Assembly: GCF_001194135.2 (NCBI RefSeq)
Contig: NC_069000.1
Coordinates: forward strand, 46,998,130 to 47,062,129
DNA from: Octopus bimaculoides
Taxonomy: Eukaryota
Length of the DNA stretch: 64,000 bases
Direction of reading: 5' to 3'
Shown: positions 1 through 12,523 of the stretch, piece after piece
How positions within the stretch are numbered: position 1 is the first letter of the stretch
How the letters are laid out: every line of letters begins with the position of its first letter
Program-made: the position numbers and the translations under genes
The notes under the pieces: generated by a model
What the model was told of the DNA's origin: nothing
Seen by the model: only the letters and a program-made list of their open reading frames with translations
Database searches by the model: none

Positions 1-103
1 GCCCACTTTGAGAACCTATGTTGTAAAGTGCAATGAACTAAGACTAGGGACGAACTGACTGCGCGTCTTGCCAATACAATAACTAATGATGATGATGATT
101 ATT

Positions 104-134
<31 letters not shown>

Positions 135-608
135 TAATAATAATAATAACATTAATAATTATATATATATGCATAATAATAATAATAATAACATATTGTC
201 TGTCTTTGTTGCAGCTCCTAAGGGGACCAGCGATGAAGTTAGACGGTGAACGTTTGTACCAGCCCGCTATGACAAAGAATAGTGTATCTTCTGGATGGCC
301 ATAAACAGCTTGCCTGCCGCCGACATCACAACTGAATCATGTCATCTGTCCATGTTATCTACTTTCAATATCACATAGAACAGTCTTCAACAATTTAATG
401 ACATTTCGTGAGTGTGTATACATAATATACACGCACATATTTAAGAAATATAATATACATTACACACAGACACACACATATAAAGATACATATGAATATA
501 TATACATATAAGAGGAATGACCACTAAGTGGATTCCTAATATGTTAAATGTAGACCCCATATGATCTGACCACAAAAAAAATTGTGTATATAAATATACA
601 TATCTGTA

Positions 609-646
<38 letters not shown>

Positions 647-1691
647 TATGCATACATGTATGTATAAAAAACTTTTATATTTTTCTCAATGTATATCAGT
701 AATTTTTATGTCCATAATCCTTATTGGCTCATATATATATATGTGTNNNNNNNNNNATATATATAGTCAACTCAGAATCAAGGAACTTTTATCATTCCTC
801 AAGAGCAATACCAGTCCCTTAGTGCATTGGGGTCAGAAGGTTTACCAGCCAATACTTTCTTTTCATATATTGTATCTTGGGCTAATCCGTTTGATAGAGC
901 CAATCTTTCTCCTGGTGTGTATAACGGAAACTATTGGGACCTATGCGGAAATAATTTGAATAATTTCGCCGATAACTTAATTATACAACTTCATACAACC
1001 CCACCCACTTTGTTGAGTTATGTTCCCTTACCCTGTTTTTTGTTTTTATTATGCAAATTACACTCTTTTTGTATACCTAAAATTGTCTACACTCGATCGA
1101 GATAGGACTGTTTTCATCTGAAGAGATCAAACTGATATCGAAACACTGTGTCCATAGTTTTGCCTGCCTCAAAACGGAGATCATACAGTGTTTTTACGAA
1201 ACATGTTGATTCATTCAGAAATTTATTCCTAATATCTTAAATTTATCTCCCCTTTTACTCTAGCGTTTCTCTCATTTGTCACCGGGCCTTGATTGCCTTC
1301 TCCGTTATATATNNNNNNNNNNNNNNNNNNNNNNNNNNNNNNNNNNNNNNNNNNNNNNNNNNNNNNNNNNNNNNNNNNNNNNNNNNNNNNNNNNNNNNNN
1401 NNNNNNNNNNNNNNNNNNNNNNNNNNNNNNNNNNNNNNNNNNNNNNNNNNNNNNNNNNNNNNNNNNNNAACGAACATCGGACTCCAGTGGTGGGTTTCAG
1501 CATTTTGATGAAATACGTGTATGTCCTATAAAGCTTTGAATACCACGCATGTTTTCTGCTTATTATTTTATATATGGGGGACCGTGTATATATATATGTA
1601 CACACACACACGCACACAGACGCTTGTTTAGTAACTATGTATCAATGTATACATATATAAATGTATATATAACATTGTAAACATATAATGG

Positions 1692-1909
1692 AAGGCGGAG
1701 GGAACTGGCAGAGACGTTAGCACGCTGGGCGAAATGCTTAGCGATATTTCGCCTGTCTTTACGTTCTGAGTTCAAATTCCGCCGAGGACAACATTGCCTT
1801 TCATCATTTCGGGGTTGATAAATTAAATACCAGTCCCGTACTGGGGGCCGATCTAAACGCCTGGCCTCCTCCCCCAAAATTTCGGGCCTTGTACCTAGAG
1901 TAGAAAAGA
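1692..1909 (+). mobile_element. tRNA-derived SINE, family A
   Basis: aaggcgg.g.ctggcaga.cgttagcacg...ttctgagttcaaattccgccgagg (B-box like)...ggccttgt.cctagagtagaaaag. More than 12 related copies occur in the window. Confidence 0.85.
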
Positions 1910-1924
1910 TTATATACATATATG

Positions 1925-2128
1925 AAGGTGGCGAGCTGGCAGAATCGTTAGCACACCGGGCGATATGCTTAGTCTATCTTTATGGTCTGAGTTCAAATTC
2001 CGCCGAAGTCGACTTTGCTTTTCGTCCTTTCAGCGCCGATAAAATACGTACCTGTTGAAAACTGAAGTCAATTTAATCGACGTCCCCCTCCCCAAACCCT
2101 CCTGGCCTTGTGCCAAAATTCGATACCA
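1925..2128 (+). mobile_element. SINE family A, tandem with the previous copy
   Basis: Same head and core. Confidence 0.85.
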
Positions 2129-3899
2129 TTATATACATTCACATACATAAACATGAGCCTACACACAGACAGACACCCCTTCTCCTTCATAGGTACAGCA
2201 CTAAACACAAAATTCGAAATCTTTCTTTCCCTTAACATCATTTAACTGCAATTCCTATCATGATTGCCTTTTTGCTATTATTGTTATTGTTTTCCTACAT
2301 GCCAGACCTCATCACAAGACCTATGATAACACGTTTTCCAACTGTGACCTTCCTGCCTTTTCTGCGATACTTCATTTCAATATCCAGTATGTCTCGTCTC
2401 ATTTTATTAAAGGCTGTAGCGTAATATTTAAGATTTGACTGTTACTTCTAGCATGAGGAGTGACCACATTGAGCTGCATTTCTCACCCTGGTGGCAGTAA
2501 TATTCACTTCATGAGATGCCGGAATATTTAAGAAACAGATTCACATTCTCATATATAAGAAACAACTTCAAATTAAACTACAGCTGTTTTTGTGTACGAT
2601 TACAAGACAAGTGTGGGACCAGACCACTTTTTCTTTATGTTTCGAAAGGGTAGGTGCTGGGTGGTTCGACTTTTCACCAAGAGAGGATGGTTAAGAAGGT
2701 TGGGAAACATTCATAAGGGTTCTGTCAATGGGATTTTCCTACCAATGGTTCTTCTCCGGATGTCTTCTCACGTTTTCATATTCAAACTGAACCATCAACT
2801 CCATCAACTACACCAACATCGGAAGGTCTTCGAAAGTGAAGACTATGACATGTACCTCTTCATTAAATCATAAAGTAGGGCCTACTTAACTTTTCTACCA
2901 TATGAAATCATTTTCATTAATGTATTTCGAGGCAATATAACATAATTACGATGTTTGTTTGTTTTTTTTAAAGCTGGGGTCTGTGAATAAAATAACCCTG
3001 TTATCGCACTAACTTGATACAGTGGCATTGTGACTGAAAGAAGATTTATTGAAGTGCGACGAAACTTTTTGACACTTCATAATAAACTGTGCTTTTAAGA
3101 AATAAACGGAATGTAACAAGTCTTTGTGTGCTTTTAAATGGTTTAAATGATTCTTCGACGATGGAATTGTTTTCAGATCCCAACAACAAGCAATCACACA
3201 CACACACACATAGTTCAAATTTGTACGCAAAAAACAACAACAAAAGACAGAGACAGGTGAGAGAACAACAGATAAGGTGCATTGGTTCGACACTCAGGAA
3301 AAATTGAAGAGTTTTTGGTTGACGTTTCGAGCTTACACTCTGGATTAATAATTGCACATGTTGAATATACATACATACCTAGGTATATATANNNNNNNNN
3401 NNNNNNNNNNNNNNNNNNNNNNNNNNNNNNNNNNNNNNNNNNNNNNNNNNNNNNNNNNNNNNNNNNNNNNNNNNNNNNNNNNNNNNNNNNNNNNNNNNNN
3501 NNNNNNNNNNNNNNNNNNNNNNNNNNNNNNNNNNNNNNNNNNNNNNNNNNNNNNNNNNNNNNNNNNNNNNNNNNNNNNNNNNNNNNNNNNNNNNNNNNNN
3601 NNNNNNNNNNNNNNNNNNNNNNNNNNNNNNNNNNNNNNNNNNNNNNNNNNNNNNNNNNNNNNNNNNNNNNNNNNNNNNNNNNNNNNNNNNNNNNNNNNNN
3701 NNNNNNNNNNNNNNNNNNNNNNNNNNNNNNNNNNNNNNNNNNNNNNNNNNNNNNNNNNNNNNNNNNNNNNNNNNNNNNNNNNNNNNNNNNNNNNNNNNNN
3801 NNNNNNNNNNNNNNNNNNNNNNNNNNNNNNNNNNNNNNNNNNNNNNNNNNNNNNNNNNNNNNNNNNNNNNNNNNNNNNNNNNNNNNNNNNNNNNNNNNN

Positions 3900-3965
<66 letters not shown>

Positions 3966-4190
3966 GTGTAAATGATTAAGAACACTTTCAGCTTGCCTCG
4001 GCGTCAGACATTATTTCAAATATTCCTCATTCACAACCACCGACCAATCAGTCTCAACGTATAATAACATTGTTTAATTATTCATATCAAACAGTGTGTT
4101 TAAGCAGATCAACTAACAACGACTTTAATGTGTTGACGCCTTCAGGAAGCAAAACCATTCTTGTCAGCTTTTTGTTCTTAATACCCGAGA

Positions 4191-4400
4191 ATAGGCTAAC
4201 CTATTGCTTCCTTTATCGTATAAGCTAATTTAGTAATATTTTTGTATTATATAGGTTAACACGGAATATCTTCCTTTATTATATAGGCTAACATACTAAT
4301 TTTATACTATATTACAAAGATAATATATTATATAGGCAAATATATTGTTTCCTACATTTTATAGGTTAATATTGTAATTTTTTTTATCAAATAGATTAAC
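4191..4400. repeat. Degenerate about 30-bp minisatellite
   Basis: The core ATAGGYTAAY recurs at 4191, 4220, 4251, 4283, 4332, 4361 and 4391. Confidence 0.65.
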
Positions 4401-4776
4401 CGAGTATCTTTCAGAAGCTTAAGTAGAATTTTAGTATTATATATTAAACACAATGTATTTTCCTATAAAGGTTCGAGTCCTACGAATAACCTCCTACGAA
4501 TAACCTTCGAGTTTTCCCGTTCAAAACGGGTTTTTAAGCTAAAATTTATTATTTATAACCTTATTTCTTCGAGATTCACAATTCTAAAATAAAACTATTT
4601 AATGAGCGAAGTATTTCTGTACAATCAGAGAAATACTAGAAAGAAGATAGGAAGAAGTTGAAGAACTTTGTTTCAAATATATTAATTAATTGAAACAAAT
4701 AACAAGATAATTAAAACATGGCAATTTTCAATCAGTGATGTGTTAATTTAAGATACCTGTTCAATAAAATATTATT

Positions 4777-4959
4777 CTTTTCTATTCTAGGTACAAGGCC
4801 CGAGATTTTGGGGGATTAGATTGACTCAGTATGCAACTGGTACTTAATTTTTCGACCCGAAAGGCAAAGCCGATCTCGGCGGAATTTGAACAAAATACAG
4901 ACAAAATACCGCTAAGCATATCGCCCGGTGTGCAAACGTTTCTGCCAGCACGCCGCCTC
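4777..4959 (-). mobile_element. SINE family A
   Basis: Reverse complement of the family A head, core and tail. Confidence 0.8.
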
Positions 4960-5726
4960 TCAATTTAATATTATTATTAGATATTTGAAAAATAGTCGAT
5001 CAACAGCGATGAGGTATGTCTCGAGGTGTGGGGAGAAGTATGCATAAGGAGCGGCACACTTGTCAACTAAAACAACAATAATATAACACCAATGGCAAGA
5101 AGTAGAAAGAGCACGTGAGAAGGCTATTCTATGTAAGACGATGGGTGAATATGTCGTCGGCAAGATATCAAACTATTCGTGGATCCCAAAGTGAATCAAA
5201 TATCCGGGAGATGTGAAAGCAATGAAACACAACACGAGTGGTAACCATAATTTCCTGCACATTTTCAGTGTATTCCTGTTGAATTCTGATGGAATTCACA
5301 GAGGAGAAAGATGTATCGGTTTTCGTTATCAAATATATCAAATGTCTGCGCTCCATGAAGTATCGTCTGCTCACTGAAATGTTTCTGACGACAAATGGAG
5401 AGGAGGAAAACGAGAAAATATTTCAATGAAAATTAAATGTGGGTGGATAGATGTGTACATCAGTGGTGAGGTTTTGTGATTTAACAGGTTCGGGTGGAGA
5501 GGAGTGAGTTCAAATCCTATAATTCCAAACTACTGCAATGTAGACGAAGACATCGATGATAATGAGGAGGAGGGTGGTAGTAGTGGTGGCTGTGATGGCG
5601 AGGGAGGTCGTGATCATGATGATGGTGATGGTGATGGTGGTGATATTGGCAGTAACGTTGATGCTGGTCGTTGTTGTCATCGTACAAATGATGATGATGA
5701 TGATGATGATGACGGTGGTGGTAATA

Positions 5727-5915
5727 ATCCTTTCTATTGGAGGCACAAGGCCTCAAATCTGTGGGGAGGGGACAAGTCGATTACATCGACCCCAGTGTTT
5801 CACTGGTACTTAATTCATCGACCCCGAAAGGATAAAAGGCAAAGTCGAGCCTGGCGGAATTGTAGCGGCGGACGAAATATCGCTAAGCCCGGCGTGCTAA
5901 CGATTCTGCCAGCTC
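5727..5915 (-). mobile_element. SINE family A
   Basis: Reverse complement of family A, inserted in a (GAT/GGT)n tract. Confidence 0.8.
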
Positions 5916-6633
5916 ATGGCGATTTTGTTCATGGTAGCGATCGTCATCGCCATCGTGATGATGGTGATGGTGGTGGTGTTGATGATAATGATGGTGGTAA
6001 TGGAGATGACGGTGGTGACGGTGGTCACGATGATAACCAAATCAGATGCTCTCAGCCGCCGATAATTTGTANNNNNNNNNNNNNNNNNNNNNNNNNNNNN
6101 NNNNNNNNNNNNNNNNNNNNNNNNNNNNNNNNNNNNNNNNNNNNNNNNNNNNNNNNNNNNNNNNNNNNNNNNNNNNNNNNNNNNNNNNNNNNNNNNNNNN
6201 NNNNNNNNNNNNNNNNNNNNNNNNNNNNNNNNNNNNNNNNNNNNNNNNNNNNNNNNNNNNNNNNNNNNNNNNNNNNNNNNNNNNNNNNNNNNNNNNNNNN
6301 NNNNNNNNNNNNNNNNNNNNNNNNNNNNNNNNNNNNNNNNNNNNNNNNNNNNNNNNNNNNNNNNNNNNNNNNNNNNNNNNNNNNNNNNNNNNNNNNNNNN
6401 NNNNNNNNNNNNNNNNNNNNNNNNNNNNNNNNNNNNNNNNNNNNNNNNNNNNNNNNNNNNNNNNNNNNNNNNNNNNNNNNNNNNNNNNNNNNNNNNNNNN
6501 NNNNNNNNTGTGTGTGTGTGTAAGTATGTATGTATGTATGTATGTATATATGCGTATGTCTATATGTACACACGCACTCGTATGTGTATATCATCATCAT
6601 CGTCGTTGTCGTTGTTGTTGTTGTTGTTGTTGC

Positions 6634-6705
<72 letters not shown>

Positions 6706-6970
6706 GTGGCTGTTGATTAGAACGATTGACACAACAAACAAGATAAAAAGAATAAAAGGATTCAATTGTTGTTGTTCGGAGAGAAAATTAAATTCATTGC
6801 TGGCTTTGTTGTCACACGTCCTGACGTTTCGCTCTAATGATCTTCTCAAAACAAGAATCATTGTTTTTGGTAAATTCTTGGAACCGAAACATAAGTACGT
6901 GTGTCAACAAAGATGTTAATGAATTTATATACGCATACATACATTTGTGTATATGTACATATGTATTTGT

Positions 6971-7006
<36 letters not shown>

Positions 7007-7581
7007 TTGTATGTATGTATGTATGTATGCATGTATGTATGTATGTATGTATACACACACACAGACACACACATAGGTATAAGCATCTATATCTTACATA
7101 AACAGATTTCTGTATGCATATGTAAGTANNNNNNNNNNNNNNNNNNNNNNNNNNNNNNNNNNNNNNNNNNNNNNNNNNNNNNNNNNNNNNNNNNNNNNNN
7201 NNNNNNNNNNNNNNNNNNNNNNNNNNNNNNNNNNNNNNNNNNNNNNNNNNNNNNNNNNNNNNNNNNNNNNNNNNNNNNNNNNNNNNNNNNNNNNNNNNNN
7301 NNNNNNNNNNNNNNNNNNNNNNNNNNNNNNNNNNNNNNNNNNNNNNNNNNNNNNNNNNNNNNNNNNNNNNNNNNNNNNNNNNNNNNNNNNNNNNNNNNNN
7401 NNNNNNNNNNNNNNNNNNNNNNNNNNNNNNNNNNNNNNNNNNNNNNNNNNNNNNNNNNNNNNNNNNNNNNNNNNNNNNNNNNNNNNNNNNNNNNNNNNNN
7501 NNNNNNNNNNNNNNNNNNNNNNNNNNNNNNNNNNNNNNNNNNNNNNNNNNNNNNNNNNNNNNNNNNNNNNNNNNNNNNNNN

Positions 7582-7617
<36 letters not shown>

Positions 7618-7990
7618 CGTGTTATGTTTCTCTCTTTTCTTTCATATTTCGATTTTTTTACTTATAAGGCGTTGAACAAAATAAAAAAAACTACATCCAC
7701 AAGAACAGACATATTCTACGTATAGATATATATAAATAGATAAACATATATATATGTGTATATATGTGTGTGTGTGTGTGTCTGTGTGCGTGTATGTATG
7801 TATGTATGCACGTATATATGTATGTACGTTTGTATATATGTATGTACGTATGTATGTATGTATATATAATAGTAAACGTTATTATACATATGTATATTCT
7901 TCTGGTTTTCTTTAGTTTGTCACCAATCGAGAAGGTTCTTTCATTGCCACTTAGTCATCAGTTAGAATAAGTCTATGTGCATGAGTGCGT

Positions 7991-8034
<44 letters not shown>

Positions 8035-8037
<3 letters not shown>

Positions 8038-8229
8038 TTCTGTTGTGTCTGGGGAGAGTCATTCTCTTTTAGTGCCTTATAATTTAATACACTCACCGGC
8101 AAAGTTTCCACTTATTTACTTATTTATTTTTCTAAAATTTTCGTTGCGTCTTGCAACCTTTTGAATAGTGAGTGTGTTCAATTATAAGGCACTAAAAGAG
8201 AATGTCTCACCCCAGACACAACAAAATAT
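8035..8229. repeat. About 60-bp imperfect inverted repeat (arms 8035-8096 and 8168-8229)
   Basis: tgttgtgtctggggagagtcattctcttttagtgccttataatt... vs ...aattataaggcactaaaagagaatgtctcaccccagacacaaca. Confidence 0.9.
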
Positions 8230-8354
8230 TCTTCAACACACGAACTCACATAAAGAATCTTGCAAACTAAATCCAAAAACGAAATATATATATATATATA
8301 TGTATATATACATGTATGTATGTATGTATATGTATATATATAAATGTATGTATG

Positions 8355-8770
8355 TCATTATTCAGTTTATTTCAAGATTTCTTGCCAATAGAGAAAGAGC
8401 CGGTTTCTAACCTAAATCCAAGGTTCCTTCATTGGAATTTCAACATCAACCACAGGGTATTTTTGTATGTGTGTATGTATGTTTTGTATGTTTTCTTTTA
8501 TATATGTCTTCTCGTGCATATACTTGCATATCTAGACATGCTCATATTATATTTAAATGATAAACTTCTGGAAAGTTTTACAGATTTTTACAGTTCCAGT
8601 GATGGATTGGATTTGTAGTCTTCGAATCAGTTTTCTCCTTTCTGATTTTGAGAAGCCTAATTTCTCAAGGTTGGTATTTAAGCAGTGTGTTACCCATCTC
8701 AGGGCCTCAATAATCATATGCATAAACCTGAACTTGTAACCTGGACAGAGTAACTGCAGATTCCTCAATA
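8355..8770 (-). mobile_element. R4/Dong-like 3' end (ORF C-terminus plus 3' UTR)
   Basis: RNLQLLCPGYKFRFMHMIIEALRWVTHCLNTNLEKLGFSKSERRKLIRRLQIQSITGTVKICKTFQKFII* matches the terminal pattern of REL-endonuclease elements. It is followed by a UTR ending in AATAAT. Confidence 0.7.
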
Positions 8771-8933
8771 GTTCAGCGTAGGTATTCTACGTTGTGTATG
8801 TATGCACATATTAGCATATATGTATACATACATATATACATGTATATATGCATATGTATATATATATGTATGTGTATGTATGTGTGTGTGTGTTTAATGT
8901 ATATATAAGTATATATAACATATATATAATATA

Positions 8934-8982
<49 letters not shown>

Positions 8983-9079
8983 TTATATATATATATATAT
9001 ATATACTCACACACACATATACAATTCTAGAAATTGAGTGTCACAGCTTTCTCATTATTTCGTCCAATTTTTCCTCTCC

Positions 9080-10850
9080 CCTTTCATCTGTAACCTGATA
9101 TTAACAGCACAAGCGACAGACTAACGTTCTAAAACGACTTACATATTTTTAAGCCTCCATTAATGGCCTGTTATTGTAATTTCCTAATTAGTCTTCACCT
9201 TTCTGAATTTCTCGACATTTAAACTGTCGCACTTAGTTTCATAACAAAGTGCAGCCAATAATCACAGGTTTCAATCCAAAATTATATATTGAGTTTGTGC
9301 AAATTTCTCATTATTTCACCATAAATGCTTAATTTTTCTTTTATCTTGAACATTCTATATAACGCTGGACTAAACTGATTGCTACGACCATTCAGAATTG
9401 CATCTACGTTACATAACGTTATGTCTGGACTGGTGTACCAAGCGGAAACAGTATTCTCTCACTTGACAGATCAATATGGGAAGTTAGAAATTACAGTAGC
9501 ATCCGATATTTTGATCTCGAAGACGATCCCTTCGAGGAATTACATTCCATATCGTTCGGGCCACTACGTCTTGTCTTATAAATGGATAATATCGTGGTGA
9601 TATTTTCAGACAGGTGTTCATGACATGGTTTACCATTCTCGATTTTAATTCTTCACATTCTGCATCGACTGTCACGCGTTTTATTGCATCTTTATTCCTT
9701 TGATCTTCAGCCAGTCTTCCGTTCACTTCCTGTTCCCCGGATTACAAGAACATATCCTCCAAAAGAGAGTTAATGTTTGGGTAATTGAGTTCAGAACAAA
9801 CGACATTTGTTAAGTATTTTCATTTACATACTGAAGTTTTCTAACAACTAAAATATGAATGACTTGTGCTGGTCCACTTTTGTTTTACGAACGAAGAGAT
9901 CTGACGACCATATTTTTTCATCCAGTTGCAATATTCCCTGATTACGCGTTCCTTGTTCAAAATTGTTGTCTCAGGATGTGTTTTCGTCCATTCTTAGTTG
10001 CTTGTAGCTTTCCTCACCGATTTCGGAGAAATAGTCAGCTCATTAATAAAGGTGTTAACAAGAGGACTGAGAGAGAACATACACCACAAGAGGAGTATTC
10101 TACATGTTAGATATAAATATGGTAGGGCGTTACGCGTGTAATATAGAGAAAATTCTGCTTAACTGGGACGATCCTTACAATCAAAAGACAAAAAAATCTT
10201 CCTTTCGCGGTGATTAACAATTTTAAAATAAACAAGGGACAGAACTCCCATGATATCAAATAATCCAAATTTCAATTGGTTAATATCTCTGGGGTGAACT
10301 CCTTTTCTTTCTGTTTTTAGGTTTTAATCACATCTAGAGTTTCTTGTCTGCTAATTGCAACGATAGTTTCAATTAATCGGATTTGGAAGGAGTGGTGGGG
10401 GAGCTTTTCGTAACTCCCTATATTACGTAAGTGAAACTCTACCCTCGATAGAGATGTTGCAGGACTGGTTTGGAGTAATCGTTCGTTTTACAATCAAATA
10501 CAAACATCTATCTTGATCAAATTCCATTCCTATTTCCTTTGAGAATGTCGTAACCAGGTCGCGGTTCTTCATATCATTTATATGTTTGGCATCTACCCTC
10601 AAGTCGACCATGAGGAATTTGTGTCAGGGTGGTCTTTATGTCTTCCTGTGAACCAATCACGTACCTTTCAGATTTCCTACACAAAACAGAAAAACTGTTC
10701 ATCACCAGAATAAATATTATTGCAGCGAGGACGTGTGAAGTATACTGAAATATACTCCACGAAGAAGAATGAAGAACTATGGGAGATAATTTTGAAAGAG
10801 AGCTAACAAAGGCCAGCGGGAGTCTGCTACAATGATGCATGCGTACTCAC
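9080..10850 (-). mobile_element. Heavily decayed R4/Dong-like element (RT domains to endonuclease)
   Basis: Colinear peptide remnants in shifting frames: FILVMNSFSVLCRKSERYVIG, FSKEIGMEFDQDRCLYLIVKR, EIGEESYKQL, KERVIREY..KIWSSDL, KISPRYYPFIRQDVVARTIWNVI, IYGEIMRNL. Confidence 0.7.
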
Positions 10851-12204
10851 TTGCAGAGTTATCAGATGTGTAGGGAAGGTGGTCTCCGTAAAAGAAGAAA
10901 AACGGCCGAAAATAACCAAAAGTCAAAATGTGGTCTGTCTTGCAATATTACAGGAAAAACCAAAAATAGGAATTTATTAAAAATATTACTGCAGCAAAGT
11001 CAGCTTGCCTCAACTAATACCGAAGTGGAATAGGAGATTAAAACATATCACCAGAATTTAGTATTTCGAATATAAATATGTGTTCTTCTGTGCGTATGTC
11101 AGTAGAAAATCGAGGTGGAATCTCCATTATGAGAAATCCAAGGTTTTGAGGGCAGTTTTCTTCAAAAGCATGCTGACTTCACAAGACTCAAAAAATATCA
11201 AATACACTTTATTTTCACAGTTTAGCCATACCCCACCCCCACACGCACCTTATTTGTAGTTTATAATGAATTGTTTACTTCCTGCCACAAAAACGATGCC
11301 ATTACGTGCAAAACCAGTCCAAGTTTTCTAAATCCATTTGATAATCACTTAATATCTTTAGCAACTTATCAAAAATAACTGTTCTCGCAGATGAAGCAAG
11401 AATTAAGCATAAAACAGTCGTGTTGATGGCGACGTTATCATCCCTTTTCTGGCTTCATTATCTTCTCTTTCGCACGAAAACCTCACCATTAAATAAACGC
11501 TTCTAATTGCAATATCTATTAATTAACAATTAAGTACCACAAACTTCCTTACTTGCACACATTCCTTCAAATCTCAGTCGAGAACTAAACACGCCATTTT
11601 TTTTTAATTCTTTCAGAGCAATATTTCCTTCAATGTAATTTTATACCACTAAAAACTACTTTTTTTCCATGAGCTTTTAAAACTCCGTTCACAAGATCAA
11701 TAAATGTCATTAAAAAAAATTATAAATAATTACTTCTGCCAACTTAATTCTAACCATTTTTATCATGGCATTGCATTCATGATTTTACTAAATTACAAAC
11801 GAAGATTAATTGCTTTGATTTAAATTAAGATTTGTGCTTAGGAAATATTTCAAGCTTTACACTAAATTGTGTGTCCGCGCTGGTTTAGTTTCTGCTAACC
11901 TGTGTAGCTACAGACTTTATAAGTAAATCTCTTCCGAGTTTTTCAAGGTTCTTTCAAAACAAGAAACCTTTTTCACCAATTCCTCTCTTTGTATTTATTT
12001 TTATTTATTTTAACACTTGTACATTTATTTCTGTGCATACGGCGGGGATATCAGTAAAGAAAATACGAAAATATCAAAAATATGAATGTGACGATTGTCA
12101 CTTGAAAACTCTTCCGATTCGATCGACTGATACCGAATAGCAAAAGAGACATCAAATTTAAATGTAATACATACACATACACTCATATATGCATACATAT
12201 GATA

Positions 12205-12238
<34 letters not shown>

Positions 12239-12431
12239 CATTATATACACATAATACATTAGATACATATAATACATATATTATGTATACATGTATAAAT
12301 ATATACATGCACGCATACACACACACACACACTCACAAATATATATTAATATATGGAGAGCGAGAGAGTAGAAGATAAAAAGATCGATATTGTTCCAGAT
12401 ATAGCTATACGACACATGTATATTCATATAT

Positions 12432-12523
<92 letters not shown>

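Noticed and set aside
1-20. gcccactttgagaacc resembling a hAT/MITE terminus
   Set aside because: Truncated by the window edge and too short to support.
5504-6523. 339-aa Asp/Gly-rich ORF
   Set aside because: It consists of (GAT/GGT)n tracts, a SINE and an N gap.
9420-9580. Plus-strand peptide resembling a leucine-rich repeat (GNSILSLDRSIW...SIRYFDLEDDPFEELHSISFGPL)
   Set aside because: The opposite strand is explained by the colinear R4/Dong relic, so this is an antisense coincidence.
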